A stretch of DNA of 64,000 nucleotides from Sphingomonas oryzagri (lineage in GTDB: Bacteria; Pseudomonadota; Alphaproteobacteria; Sphingomonadales; Sphingomonadaceae): NCBI RefSeq assembly GCF_029906645.1, contig NZ_JARYGZ010000001.1, positions 737,208 to 801,207 on the forward strand, in the 5' to 3' direction. The notes under the pieces were generated by a model. It ran no database searches and was not told the DNA's origin. It saw nothing but the letters and a program-made list of their open reading frames with translations. The number at the start of each line of letters is the position of its first letter. Within the stretch, counting starts at the first letter, position 1. Below are positions 9,746-19,273 of this stretch, one piece after another. The position numbers and the translations under genes are program-made.

Positions 9746-10306
9746 TCAGGCCGGACCGCTCGGTCGGCGTCGCCCCGAGCGGAGCGTCGCCATGCTCCCG
9801 AACACGCCGTCGCGGAACACGAAGGCGTGCATCAGCGCCGCGCCGAGATGGGCGAGCACGGTGAGGAAAAGCAGGATGGCGAGGACCGTATGCGCCTCTC
9901 GCAACACCGCGTAGAGGCCGAGATCGTGCGGCACGATGGGCGGCAGGTGCAGCGCGCCGATCAGCACGATGGGATAGCCGCCCGCCGACAGCATGCTCCA
10001 CCCGACGATCGGCACGGCGAACATCAGCGCGTAGAGCAGGTAATGAGACAGGTGCGCGACGGCCTTGATCGGCACCGGCATGGCGGCCGGCAGCGGCGGG
10101 GCAGGGTTGAACAGGCGATAGACCAAGCGGATGGCTGCCAATGTCAGAATGAGAATACCGAGCGGCCGGTGGATCGCGACGAGCGCGCCGTAATGGGTGT
10201 CCGACGAGACCATGCCGATGCCGATGAACAGCATCGCGACGATCATGGCCGCCATGACCCAGTGCAGCAGCCGGGCGAAGGCGGAGAAGGGGGGCGAGCG
10301 GTCCAT
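9746..10306 (-). CDS. Cytochrome b561 family membrane protein
   Basis: MDRSPPFSAFARLLHWVMAA..., four TM helices with conserved His, typical of the b561/YceJ family. Start overlaps the upstream stop (TGATG). Confidence 0.8.
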   Translation of the reverse strand: MDRSPPFSAFARLLHWVMAAMIVAMLFIGIGMVSSDTHYGALVAIHRPLGILILTLAAIRLVYRLFNPAPPLPAAMPVPIKAVAHLSHYLLYALMFAVPIVGWSMLSAGGYPIVLIGALHLPPIVPHDLGLYAVLREAHTVLAILLFLTVLAHLGAALMHAFVFRDGVFGSMATLRSGRRRPSGPA

Positions 10307-11457
10307 CAGCGGACACTCCCGGCGCTGGAGGGGAAGCGGACGGCGCTCACGGGCGCCGGTTCGCCGGCGCGTCGCCGGAAGGATTGCGCATAGGCGGCGG
10401 ACCGCGCGCTCAGGATCGGATCGTCCGACGGCCGGATGCCGTCCGGCAGGATCAGCGGATCGAAGGTCACGTCGCGGCAGGCGCCGTCCGCCTCGTCCTC
10501 CAGCCGGTTCACCGACAGCACGCCGAGCTGGACCTGACGGCGTCCCGCGGGCCAGGCGATCGAGGGATCGTTGGTCGGATCGCCCGGCTGCCCGATCGTC
10601 GCCACGAGGCGCCAGCGGATCGGCCCCCTGTGTATCCGGTCGAGCAGGGCCGTGAACTGGGCGTTGGGATCGCCGGCCGGCTTCGCGGCCGGCTTGGTGC
10701 CCGGCGGCGGCGGGGTTGGCGCTGCCTGGAAGGGATCTTCCGCCACCATGCTCCACCGCACGGGCGTCGAGCGGCCATCGGCATTCACGAAGACGAAGGC
10801 GTCGAGGCTGTTGTAGCTGGTGTTGGCGAAGGCCGAGGCAAGCGGCGTCGCCTTGATGATGGCGATGGCGCGCGCGCTGGCCGGGTGGCTTGCGAGGAAC
10901 GCCTTCATGCGGGCGGGATCGGGCTTTCCGGTCTTGGGATCGGGCGTCGCGGCGGCGAGTTGGGCCGTGAAGTCCTGTACGTCGGGGACCGGGAAGACCG
11001 GGATGCCGTTCATGCCGGTGCGCCAGAACTGGCCGTCGGCCTGCGTGAAGTTCACCGCCATGCTGTGCACGACGGCTGGCATATCAGGGAGAGCGGGTTG
11101 TCCGTTGGCGATCGCGAAGCGGCCGAAGATCGGCGTCCGACCGGGAGCGAAGAGCTTGGCCCTGGACAGTTCCCGGCCGCTGCCATCACTCTCGAACCAG
11201 CCGCTGAAGCACACGCCCTTCGGGTGGTTGCGGCGGAAGCCGGGGTGCAGGCCGTTGGTCCGCTCGAACTGGTCCACGATCCGCGCCGGGGTCAGCCGCG
11301 ATGGCGAGAGCCAACCACCGACATAAGCGAAACCGGTCGCGGCGCCGGCGAGCAGGATGCCGATCCCCGCCACGGCCGTCAGGTTCCTCGGGGCCAGCAG
11401 ACGTTCGATCCGGTAGGTCTCCGCGTCACCGGCTGGTGCGTTCCGCTCATCCATCAA
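10306..11457 (-). CDS. Catalase-related haem peroxidase (catalase family, no C-terminal extension)
   Basis: Catalase core-like motifs (FERTNGLHPGFRRNHPKGVCFSGWFE, RFAIANG, N-terminal TM). Translationally coupled to the b561 gene. Confidence 0.75.
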   Translation of the reverse strand: MMDERNAPAGDAETYRIERLLAPRNLTAVAGIGILLAGAATGFAYVGGWLSPSRLTPARIVDQFERTNGLHPGFRRNHPKGVCFSGWFESDGSGRELSRAKLFAPGRTPIFGRFAIANGQPALPDMPAVVHSMAVNFTQADGQFWRTGMNGIPVFPVPDVQDFTAQLAAATPDPKTGKPDPARMKAFLASHPASARAIAIIKATPLASAFANTSYNSLDAFVFVNADGRSTPVRWSMVAEDPFQAAPTPPPPGTKPAAKPAGDPNAQFTALLDRIHRGPIRWRLVATIGQPGDPTNDPSIAWPAGRRQVQLGVLSVNRLEDEADGACRDVTFDPLILPDGIRPSDDPILSARSAAYAQSFRRRAGEPAPVSAVRFPSSAGSVR

Positions 11458-11721
11458 AAGCGTCTCCTCGGGTCACGGCGTGCATTCATGCCGGAAGTGC
11501 CTTGCTGTTCGCGCAACACGACGCGGCAGTTACGCCTCCACATCTCTTTTTGACGGACGCAGACCGTAATCAGCCTGGGGTGAGGCGTATCGCGGGTCGT
11601 GCCCGCCGTCCATTGCCGGGACAAGCGAGGGATGACGACGGATCGATCAGACAAACTTGTGTAAATCCAAGTGACACAATAGAATTCGCTCGGGGATACT
11701 GGGGCGGGGGCAGTCTGTAGC

Positions 11722-14700
11722 GTGCTTGCATATTTGAAACGGCCGTTGGTGCCGGCGGCTGTCATTCTGATGGCCAGCTTTCTCGCGATTCCGGGCCATA
11801 CGGCCGACAGCGGTGCCGCGACCGCGCCGGACACGAAGCTCTCGATGTCGGCGCGAACGATTCCGGCCGAGCCGGTGCCGTCATGGATACGCGAACGCAC
11901 AATCCCCGAGGCGACCAAGGCGCGGCTGGACGGCGCGCAGGACGGCATCGCCTATCTGCTGAGCGATGAGCAGTACCGGACCCGCGCCGATGGCCACGAC
12001 AGCTGGTTCCGCCTGTCGACGGAGGTGACCAACCGCAGCGGACTGGAAGCGGCCGGCCAGATCTCCATCACCTACGATCCTGGGTTCGAGAGCGTGGGTG
12101 TCAACTTCGTCCATCTGATCCGCAACGGCAAGATCATCGATCTGACCGGCAGCACGCAATTCCGCGTCGTCGAGCATGAGGAGGATCTGGACGACGGCAT
12201 CGTCAGCGGCACGCTCAAGGCCATCGCGAACCTGCCGGATGTGCGGGTGGGCGACATCATCGATTATGCGACCACCACGCATACACGCACCAGCCTGTGG
12301 CCGGGCCATGCCTTCTACCACCTGTCGCAGCGTTATTCCGATCCCTTGGCGATGCGCGCGCTGCGCTTCGTCTGGCCTGCGGGAATGGCGCCCGACGTCA
12401 AGGCGATCAACAGCGACGTCTCCGTCGCCCGGCATACCAGCGCCGACGGCACGGACTGGGAGTGGACGGCCATCGATCCGCCGGCGATGCAGGCGGAGGA
12501 CGACGTTCCCTACACGGCGTTCCAGTGGGGCCGCATCGACATATCGACGATGAAGGACTGGGCGGAACTGGCCCGGTGGGCGACAGGTCTTTATCAGGGC
12601 GACGAGAGCCTGCCCCAGGACTTCTCCGCGCGGCTGGATGCCATCGCGAAGGCCTTTCCGGCGCCCGGCGACCGGCTGACGGAAGCCGCCCGCTACGTGC
12701 AGGACAATATTCGCTACGTCGGCGAGGAGATGGGCGAAGGTTCCTATGTGCCGCGCCGCCCCAGCACGGTGCTCGCGCGGGGATATGGCGACTGCAAGGA
12801 CAAGAGCCTGCTGCTCGCCGTGGCGCTGCGCCGGCTGGGTATCGACGCGGTGCCGGCGCTGGCCGCCACCAAGACGGGCGATCGCCTGCCGGACAGGCTG
12901 CCGTCCCCGCTCGACTTCGATCATGTGGTCGTGCGCGCGGTGATCGACGGCAAGGTGATGTGGATCGATGCCACCGGGACCCATCGCGGCGGACGCGGTA
13001 CGGCGATCGTGCCGGCGGACTTCGGCTATGCCCTGCCGATCCGCGTCGGCCAGACCGGGCTGGAGCATATGGACGGCTATGCCACCCATGTCGGCGACGT
13101 CAGCATCGTCGAACAGTTCAGCGTCGATGAAACCTCCGCCACGCCGCTGACCCTGCATGTCGAGACCCGCTCGACCGGTGCGCGCGCCGACAGCAGCCGC
13201 GCGACCTGGGCGGCCAGCTCCGTGGCGAAGATCGCGGACGGCAACGTCGAATTCTACCGCCGACGTTTCCCCGGACTGGTCGAGAGCAAGCCGCTGCAGT
13301 TGAGCGACGATCGCGACGGCAACACGACGACGATGATCGAGAATTACAGCATGTCGCGGGACGCGTTCGCCAAGGCTGGCATCCTCGCGAAGATGATCAC
13401 AAGGGCCTATTTGCTGCAGGGCGTGCTGCCGGATCGGCAGCCCAATCCGCGCGTCCAGCCGCTCGGCCTGAACTATGATCTGGTGGACGAGCAGACCATC
13501 GACCTGCACGTCAAGGGCCGGGTGCTGGACCCGATGGCGGACCTCGATACCAAGGCGGGGCCGATCGCTTTTTCCCGCCACACGACGAAGCTGCCCGACG
13601 GCTTGAGGATGGTCTACCGGCTCGATACCGGCCCCCGCTATTTCGTGTCCGCGAAGGATGCCGAAGCGGTCTACGCCGTATCGGATCGGATCAAGGACGA
13701 GACCGGCATCGAATTCTATCTCGACAAGTCACCGCAGGCCGCACCCGTCCCGCAAGGTATCGACGCTGCGAGTTGGGAGCCGATCCGGCCCGACATGGCG
13801 AAGGCGGGCGACCTCATGCAGAAGACCGATCAGCCTTCCAAGTTGGCGGCGCTGTCGCTGCTGTCCGCCTTGTCGGACAAGGTGGCGCATCCTTCTGCCG
13901 TTGCCGGCCTGATCGACGGGATGAAAGGCGCGGTTCTCTCCGACCTGCAACGGCCGCAAGCCGCGCTGGCGGCGCTGCAATCCTCGGCCGCGCAATATCA
14001 GGGCAATGCCGCCATCCTTCGCCTGTGGATCGCCTACGAACTGGATCTCGGCACCGGCGAGTCCGTGGCCGCGGCGATGCAGAAAGTGGCGAAGTCGCAG
14101 CCCGATGCCCTCGCGGGGATCGATCGCCAGTGGGTGCGCATCGCGATGCAGAAGGTGCAGAAGCTGCCGTCCGCGAAGCGCGAGGCCGCGCGCGGCGACA
14201 TGTGTATGGCGCTTGCCGGCGTCGGCTGGCAGCAGCAGCCGCGCACCGATTTCGGCGATGACACACTCGGTTGCGCGATCACCGCGGAAAGTCTGCGCGG
14301 TGATCTGAGCGATGCGCGCGCGGGCCTCGCCAAGGATCCGCCGACAGACACGCTGGTGACCCTCGCGATCGACCGGCGCCACCAGGCGCTCTGGCCCGAC
14401 ATCGACCGGAACGCCGGCGACGGTTTCCGCAAGAGCCTGGAAAGCGAGGCGGACCGTGCAACCGCCGCCGCCAAGGCGTCACCCAAGGACTATGAGGTGG
14501 TGGCCCACCAGATGCAGGCACTTCGTGCGTTGGGTCGCTTCGCGGATGCGCTGCAGGCCGGAGAGGCGCTTGCCAGGGACAAGACGCAGATCGAGGTGAC
14601 GGGAAACGACGCCTTCTGGCTCGTCAACGAATATGCGTCGAACCTCCGTGCGCTCGGCCGGATGGATGAGGCCATCGCCGCTCTGGACGGCCTGCTCGCG

Positions 14701-15222
14701 CTCGGTCTCGATCGTTACCCCGAACTCGTCTCGATGGCGATCAATCGAGACGAGATGGTGATCGCGTCCGGCCGTTATCAGGCCGGCTATGACAGCCTTT
14801 CCGATCTCGAGGCCCGTCACGCCGATCAGCTTTCCTCCTACGGCAGGATGTGGGTGTGGGCGAACGAGGATTGTGCGCTGAGAGCGCTGGGGCGCAACGA
14901 CGACGCGAAGGCGACAGAAGCCAAGCTGGCGACCAAGCCCGACGATAATTGGAGCGCGGCCACCGCCGCTGCTGCGTGCCGCAACGACAGCAATGCCATC
15001 GCAGACATGCTGGTGGCGCGCTTGCGGGACGATGCTGCGCGACCCATGGCGCTCGGTCTCTTCATCACCTTCGAGGGACGGGAGGCGCACACCCCATTAG
15101 AGACCGCGATGCGCGCGGCGGTCGCCAAGGCCCGCGCGGTTCCGGAAGTTCAGGCGGAATTCCGGAAATATGGCCGCGCGATCCGCTATGCGGGGACGAC
15201 GAAAGGATGGAGCGAATTCTGA
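11722..15222 (+). CDS. Large secreted DUF3857-like / transglutaminase-like cysteine protease-fold protein with long C-terminal helical (TPR-like) extension
   Basis: Signal peptide VLAYLKRPLVPAAVILMASFLAIPGHTA. Transglutaminase-like core GYGDCKDKSLLLAVALRRLGIDA with downstream His/Asp. About 550 aa of Ala/Leu-rich helical repeats at the C-terminus. 1166 aa. Confidence 0.75.
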   Translation: MLAYLKRPLVPAAVILMASFLAIPGHTADSGAATAPDTKLSMSARTIPAEPVPSWIRERTIPEATKARLDGAQDGIAYLLSDEQYRTRADGHDSWFRLSTEVTNRSGLEAAGQISITYDPGFESVGVNFVHLIRNGKIIDLTGSTQFRVVEHEEDLDDGIVSGTLKAIANLPDVRVGDIIDYATTTHTRTSLWPGHAFYHLSQRYSDPLAMRALRFVWPAGMAPDVKAINSDVSVARHTSADGTDWEWTAIDPPAMQAEDDVPYTAFQWGRIDISTMKDWAELARWATGLYQGDESLPQDFSARLDAIAKAFPAPGDRLTEAARYVQDNIRYVGEEMGEGSYVPRRPSTVLARGYGDCKDKSLLLAVALRRLGIDAVPALAATKTGDRLPDRLPSPLDFDHVVVRAVIDGKVMWIDATGTHRGGRGTAIVPADFGYALPIRVGQTGLEHMDGYATHVGDVSIVEQFSVDETSATPLTLHVETRSTGARADSSRATWAASSVAKIADGNVEFYRRRFPGLVESKPLQLSDDRDGNTTTMIENYSMSRDAFAKAGILAKMITRAYLLQGVLPDRQPNPRVQPLGLNYDLVDEQTIDLHVKGRVLDPMADLDTKAGPIAFSRHTTKLPDGLRMVYRLDTGPRYFVSAKDAEAVYAVSDRIKDETGIEFYLDKSPQAAPVPQGIDAASWEPIRPDMAKAGDLMQKTDQPSKLAALSLLSALSDKVAHPSAVAGLIDGMKGAVLSDLQRPQAALAALQSSAAQYQGNAAILRLWIAYELDLGTGESVAAAMQKVAKSQPDALAGIDRQWVRIAMQKVQKLPSAKREAARGDMCMALAGVGWQQQPRTDFGDDTLGCAITAESLRGDLSDARAGLAKDPPTDTLVTLAIDRRHQALWPDIDRNAGDGFRKSLESEADRATAAAKASPKDYEVVAHQMQALRALGRFADALQAGEALARDKTQIEVTGNDAFWLVNEYASNLRALGRMDEAIAALDGLLALGLDRYPELVSMAINRDEMVIASGRYQAGYDSLSDLEARHADQLSSYGRMWVWANEDCALRALGRNDDAKATEAKLATKPDDNWSAATAAAACRNDSNAIADMLVARLRDDAARPMALGLFITFEGREAHTPLETAMRAAVAKARAVPEVQAEFRKYGRAIRYAGTTKGWSEF

Positions 15223-15253
15223 CGGTCAGCCGGTGGCGTGACGTTCTTCGCGC

Positions 15254-16231
15254 TCAGTGGCGATCGCGTGAAATCCATTCGAGCGCCGTGATCCCGCGCC
15301 GGCCGTTCGCACGGCCGAGCTGGACGATGACGTCGATCATCGATCGCGCATAGGCAAGCGTATCGGCACGATCGAGGCCGAGCCCCGCCTGCATCACCAT
15401 CAGCGCCAGTTGCTCCAGCGCACCTGCCGGCGAGCTTGCGTGGATGGTGGAGAAGGAGCCGGGGTGGCCGGTGTTGATCGCACGGAGGAAGCTCACCGTT
15501 TCGCGGCCGCGCAGTTCGCCGACGACGATCCGGTCGGGGCGGAGGCGCAGCGCCGCGTGCAGGAGGTCGTCGGTGCCGATGCGGGCCTCGCCCAGTTCGC
15601 CCTTCACCGCGACGAGGCCGAGGCTGTTGGCGTGGCGCAGCCGGACTTCGGGTGTGTCCTCGATCAGCACGATACGCTCGTCCGCCGGCACTTCGCGCAG
15701 CAAGGCGTTCAGGAAGGTGGTCTTGCCGCTCGACGTGCCGCCGGAGATCAGGATCGTGCGCCGGTCGCGCACCGCCCGTGCGAGGAAAGCCACGGGATCG
15801 ACCTGTGGATCGGGCATCGGCTCACGGGTGGCATCGGTCAGGAGCGGGCCGTGGTCATAGGCCGAGAGAGGGAGATCGACGAGGCGGTGGCGCCGGATCG
15901 CCAGCGCCCAATGCGCGCGCGTCGCGGAGGGCGCCACGAACTGCACGCGCGCGCCATCTGGCAGCACGGCGGAGAGCAGGGGGCGCTCGCGGTTCACGCC
16001 CTGGTGGCTGATCCGCGCCACCTGTTCGGCGAGGCGCTGGAGATGGCGGTCGTCGATTTCGGGCAGCGCGACGCGGCTCATGCCCGCGCCCGCCGCTTCG
16101 ACCCAGATCTCGCCGGGGCGGTTGACGAGGATCTCGGTCACGTCCTCTCGCGCGAGCCAGGGCTTGAGGGGGGCCAGATAGGCGTCGAGATAGACGCCGC
16201 CGCTCACCGGCAGGGCCTCGACGCTGCTCAT
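15254..16231 (-). CDS. virB11: Type IV secretion ATPase VirB11/TrbB family
   Basis: Walker A ISGGTSSGKTTFLNAL and VirB11 signature RPDRIVVGELRG. Start MSSVEALPV overlaps the virB10 stop. Confidence 0.9.
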   Translation of the reverse strand: MSSVEALPVSGGVYLDAYLAPLKPWLAREDVTEILVNRPGEIWVEAAGAGMSRVALPEIDDRHLQRLAEQVARISHQGVNRERPLLSAVLPDGARVQFVAPSATRAHWALAIRRHRLVDLPLSAYDHGPLLTDATREPMPDPQVDPVAFLARAVRDRRTILISGGTSSGKTTFLNALLREVPADERIVLIEDTPEVRLRHANSLGLVAVKGELGEARIGTDDLLHAALRLRPDRIVVGELRGRETVSFLRAINTGHPGSFSTIHASSPAGALEQLALMVMQAGLGLDRADTLAYARSMIDVIVQLGRANGRRGITALEWISRDRH

Positions 16232-17290
16232 CCGGCGTTGGAGGCGGTCGAGAAATCGAGATCGCGCGCGGTGAACACGCGGATCGGCTGACCTTGCAGC
16301 ACCTTCACCGTGGGGGCGATGTTGGTGTCGCGCTCCGCGGCGACCGAGGCCGCGCTCTGCCCGCCCGACACGATCACCGATGCGTTGCCCGCGATCGACG
16401 ACAGGCCGCCGACGACGGAGAGCAGAACGGCGGAGCTGAACCGCTTGAAGAAATGGCTGTCGACCTTGCCCGTCAGGCCGGACTCGCCGGAAAAATCCAC
16501 CGCCGGAGAGCCGAGCGCAATCGAGACGCCATCCGGCCGGATGAGGCGCGACCAGATCACGTAGGCGCGGGTCTGTCCGGAAGAGAGGCCGGACTTGTAT
16601 TGGCCGACGAGGCGCGAGGAGCGGGGGATCAGCACCTTGGTGCCGTCGAACGATTTCACGTCGCGGCTCACCACCGCGCGGACATAGCCCGGTAGATCGG
16701 TGTCGATCGCGGTTTCCAGCACAGCGGGGATCAAGGTGCCCTGCGCGATCGTGTTGGACGGCGACGTCATCGGCTCTGCGGTGGCGACGTCGGACGAGCC
16801 GCCGACGCGCAGCGCGAATTGATCGTTGTCGTCCAGCTTGTCGTTCGCCGTCTTGCCCGGTGTCGGCGCGGGGGTTGCGGCGGCAGCCGGCGTGGCCGGG
16901 GCCTGCGAATTGTCGAACACCATCGCAGGCGAGGCGGCGGCGGCGATGGCGGGGGCCGATACGGTTGGGGTGGGCATCGGCAGCGGCAAGACGGCTGCGG
17001 GACGCGGCGGCGCGACCGGCGCGGGAAGTGCCGCGACCGGGCCGGCGATCAAGGGCTGTGGGGCTGGCGCGGGCGTCCGGTGGGCGCTCATCGACCAGAA
17101 AGTGACGCCGCCGAGCAGCACGGCGATGCCGGCGCCAGCCACCAGGCCGAACGAATCCGATTTCCGGCCGCTCTGGGCGACCAGCGGATAGGCGTTGCGA
17201 CTTGCGAGCTGCAGTTCGCGCGGCTCGGTGAGGAGGCGGGGGTCGCTGTCCTCGATTGCGCGGAGCAGGATGGGCTGGCGGGTCGTGGTC
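16228..17290 (-). CDS. virB10: Type IV secretion protein VirB10/TrbI
   Basis: N-terminal TM, Pro-rich linker, C-terminal VirB10 domain (GTLIPAVLETAIDTDLPGYVRAVVSRDV...). Start MTTTRQPILL. Confidence 0.85.
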
Positions 17291-18086
17291 ATGGCCGGGC
17301 GCTCGCGGTCTGAGCGCCCGCCGGCGGTGTCGCATCGGAGGCCGGGTGCGGGGCGGGGGTGAGCGTCGCCACGAGCTTGCCCTGGCGCAGCACGAGTTGC
17401 GGCGGCACGCCGTCCACCACGACATATTCGCCCTGCACGCGGTAATTGACCGGCCCCTCCTGCCCGTCCGGCTCGCGCTGGAGGATGGCGGGCATCGAGG
17501 CATCCTTCGGCCAGGCGAGCCAGGTCGACTTGCCGTCGTCGAAGGCGCGCATCGGCAGGATCTGCTTCGATCCGCCGGTCGCCCAATCGAAATGGAGATC
17601 GGCGGGCGTCGCCTCAGGCACCTTCTCGGCAACCTGCGGCGCCGGTTCGGCGGGGGCGGGCGGCGGCGCGATTGCGATCGCCGGCTTGGGGCTTGGCGGA
17701 TAGGTGAAGCGCATGACGTAGACCGGCGTCCCCATCGGGGTCGAGACGAGATCGAACAGGTAGGTGCGGCGATCGGTCACCACCGTCATGTTGGTGCGCG
17801 CGCTCGGCATCATCGGCTTCACGAAGACGATCGAGGCATGCTTGTTGGGCGTCACCTGCCAGCTCGCGGAATCGCCGATCGCGATGTTGTCGATATGCTC
17901 GTCGTCGCCGAATTCGATTGTGGACTGGATACCGGTGTGACCGTGCACCGTCACGATATCGCTGGGATTGTAGAGGCGCGTGGCAATGCGTGGATCCTTC
18001 GCCAGCAGCGGCGTGGCGACCAGAGCGGCGTATGTGGATGCCGCGCCGAGCGCGGCGAGGGGCAGGAAGCGAATCATGACAGGCGG
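17289..18086 (-). CDS. virB9: Type IV secretion protein VirB9/TrbG/CagX
   Basis: Signal peptide MIRFLPLAALGAASTYAALVA, then the VirB9 N-domain (IATRLYNPSDIVTVHGHTGIQSTIEF). Overlaps the virB10 start and the virB6 stop. Confidence 0.85.
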   Translation of the reverse strand, partial: PPVMIRFLPLAALGAASTYAALVATPLLAKDPRIATRLYNPSDIVTVHGHTGIQSTIEFGDDEHIDNIAIGDSASWQVTPNKHASIVFVKPMMPSARTNMTVVTDRRTYLFDLVSTPMGTPVYVMRFTYPPSPKPAIAIAPPPAPAEPAPQVAEKVPEATPADLHFDWATGGSKQILPMRAFDDGKSTWLAWPKDASMPAILQREPDGQEGPVNYRVQGEYVVVDGVPPQLVLRQGKLVATLTPAPHPASDATPPAGAQTASARP

Positions 18087-19273
18087 GCCTTGACGGGAGT
18101 CTCGGGGCGGGCGCGGAAGCGGCTGCCGACGCCGTCGAGACGGCGATCGGCGCGCGGTGCGGGAAGGGCGGTGGCGGGCGCCATGCCCATCACCACGGTC
18201 TGCGTGCGGGACGGGGCGGTGCCGGGCGTGGAGGTACTGCTCTCGGACGGGGGCAGGGCCGCCAGCATTCCGCGTACCCGCTCGCTCGTCGGGCGGGCGC
18301 CGCCGTTCGTATCGGGCAGGACTGGCGGCAGGATCGTGGCGGGCGATTGCGAGGCGGCAGCGGGCGTTGCGCCCTCGGCCTGCAGGAAGGGGATGCGCCA
18401 GCCGGCGACCAGACCGCTCGCGACCCGCGCAACCATGATCATCAGCGCGGTGTAGACGCAGGCGGCGAGGAACAGGGCGGTGGCGCTCTTGCTGGCGACC
18501 TCGGTCGAATCCATCAGCGCGTCGCGGATCAGCGGGGTGATGAGGCTGATCGCCGCGCCGCCGATCAGCACGGTGAAAAGCGGTGTAAGCGCACTCGACA
18601 CCACCGCCTTCAGCCAGCCCTCGAACAGGCCGCGCGTGGCGGGGAAGATGGCGAGTACGATAAACACGGGTCCCAGCGCCAGCAGGGCCGCCAGCGCCAC
18701 CTTGGCGGTGACCAGCACGCCGACCGTGCCGACCAGCAGCATCAGACCGGAAATCCACATCATCCCCTGCGGCGACAGGATAGAGATACCGGTGGAGGAA
18801 GCACCATTGCCGGTCGCGTTGGCGGCCGCGACGGCATTCTGCGCATTTTGCTGATGGGTGCTGTCGGCGATCGCCTGGAAGACGACATCCAGCTTGTCGG
18901 CGAAGGCGGCGGTGGCCGATCCATGGGTGCCGGCGATGACGGATGCGAGTTGGTCCGGCGCGCCGACCGCCAGCATCCAGATCACGTTCTGGTAGGCGAG
19001 CCACGATGTCGCGAAGGTCAGCACCATGCCCAGCGTCAGCATACGCGGCGTGAGCGAACCGATACCGAGCCGGGTACGGCCGGTCAGCAGGCCGATCGCG
19101 AAGATCGCGACGTAGAGCGTCAGCAGGATGGTCAGCGCCGGGATCAGCGCGCCGTGATCGCCGAAGAGGCGACCGAAGGCGATCTGGGTGCCCTCGCCGG
19201 TGCGGCAGTCGATCGCGCGGAGCGCCTGCGCGAGACCGCCGGTCTCGATGTCGAGGGCAGGGCAGGCGTTCAC
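18074..19273 (-). CDS. virB6: Type IV secretion protein VirB6/TrbL (polytopic membrane)
   Basis: Six or more TM segments and a TrbL/VirB6-like core with an Ala/Pro/Ser-rich tail. Likely GTG start at 19273 overlapping the virB4 stop (GTGA), with GGAAGCGG Shine-Dalgarno. The track ORF extends further upstream. Confidence 0.75.
   Translation of the reverse strand: MNACPALDIETGGLAQALRAIDCRTGEGTQIAFGRLFGDHGALIPALTILLTLYVAIFAIGLLTGRTRLGIGSLTPRMLTLGMVLTFATSWLAYQNVIWMLAVGAPDQLASVIAGTHGSATAAFADKLDVVFQAIADSTHQQNAQNAVAAANATGNGASSTGISILSPQGMMWISGLMLLVGTVGVLVTAKVALAALLALGPVFIVLAIFPATRGLFEGWLKAVVSSALTPLFTVLIGGAAISLITPLIRDALMDSTEVASKSATALFLAACVYTALMIMVARVASGLVAGWRIPFLQAEGATPAAASQSPATILPPVLPDTNGGARPTSERVRGMLAALPPSESSTSTPGTAPSRTQTVVMGMAPATALPAPRADRRLDGVGSRFRARPETPVKARLS

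Noticed and set aside
11881-13581. 566-aa minus-strand ORF inside the TGase-like gene
   Set aside because: Shadow ORF antisense to a gene with signal peptide and catalytic motif; no domain signatures.
17289-19004. Possible virB8/virB7 hidden between virB6 and virB9 (571-aa track ORF)
   Set aside because: Only the last 265 codons (from MIRFLPLAAL) look like protein, and they are VirB9. The upstream 300 codons are the out-of-frame shadow of virB6 with nonsense composition. No NTF2-like VirB8 signature was seen.
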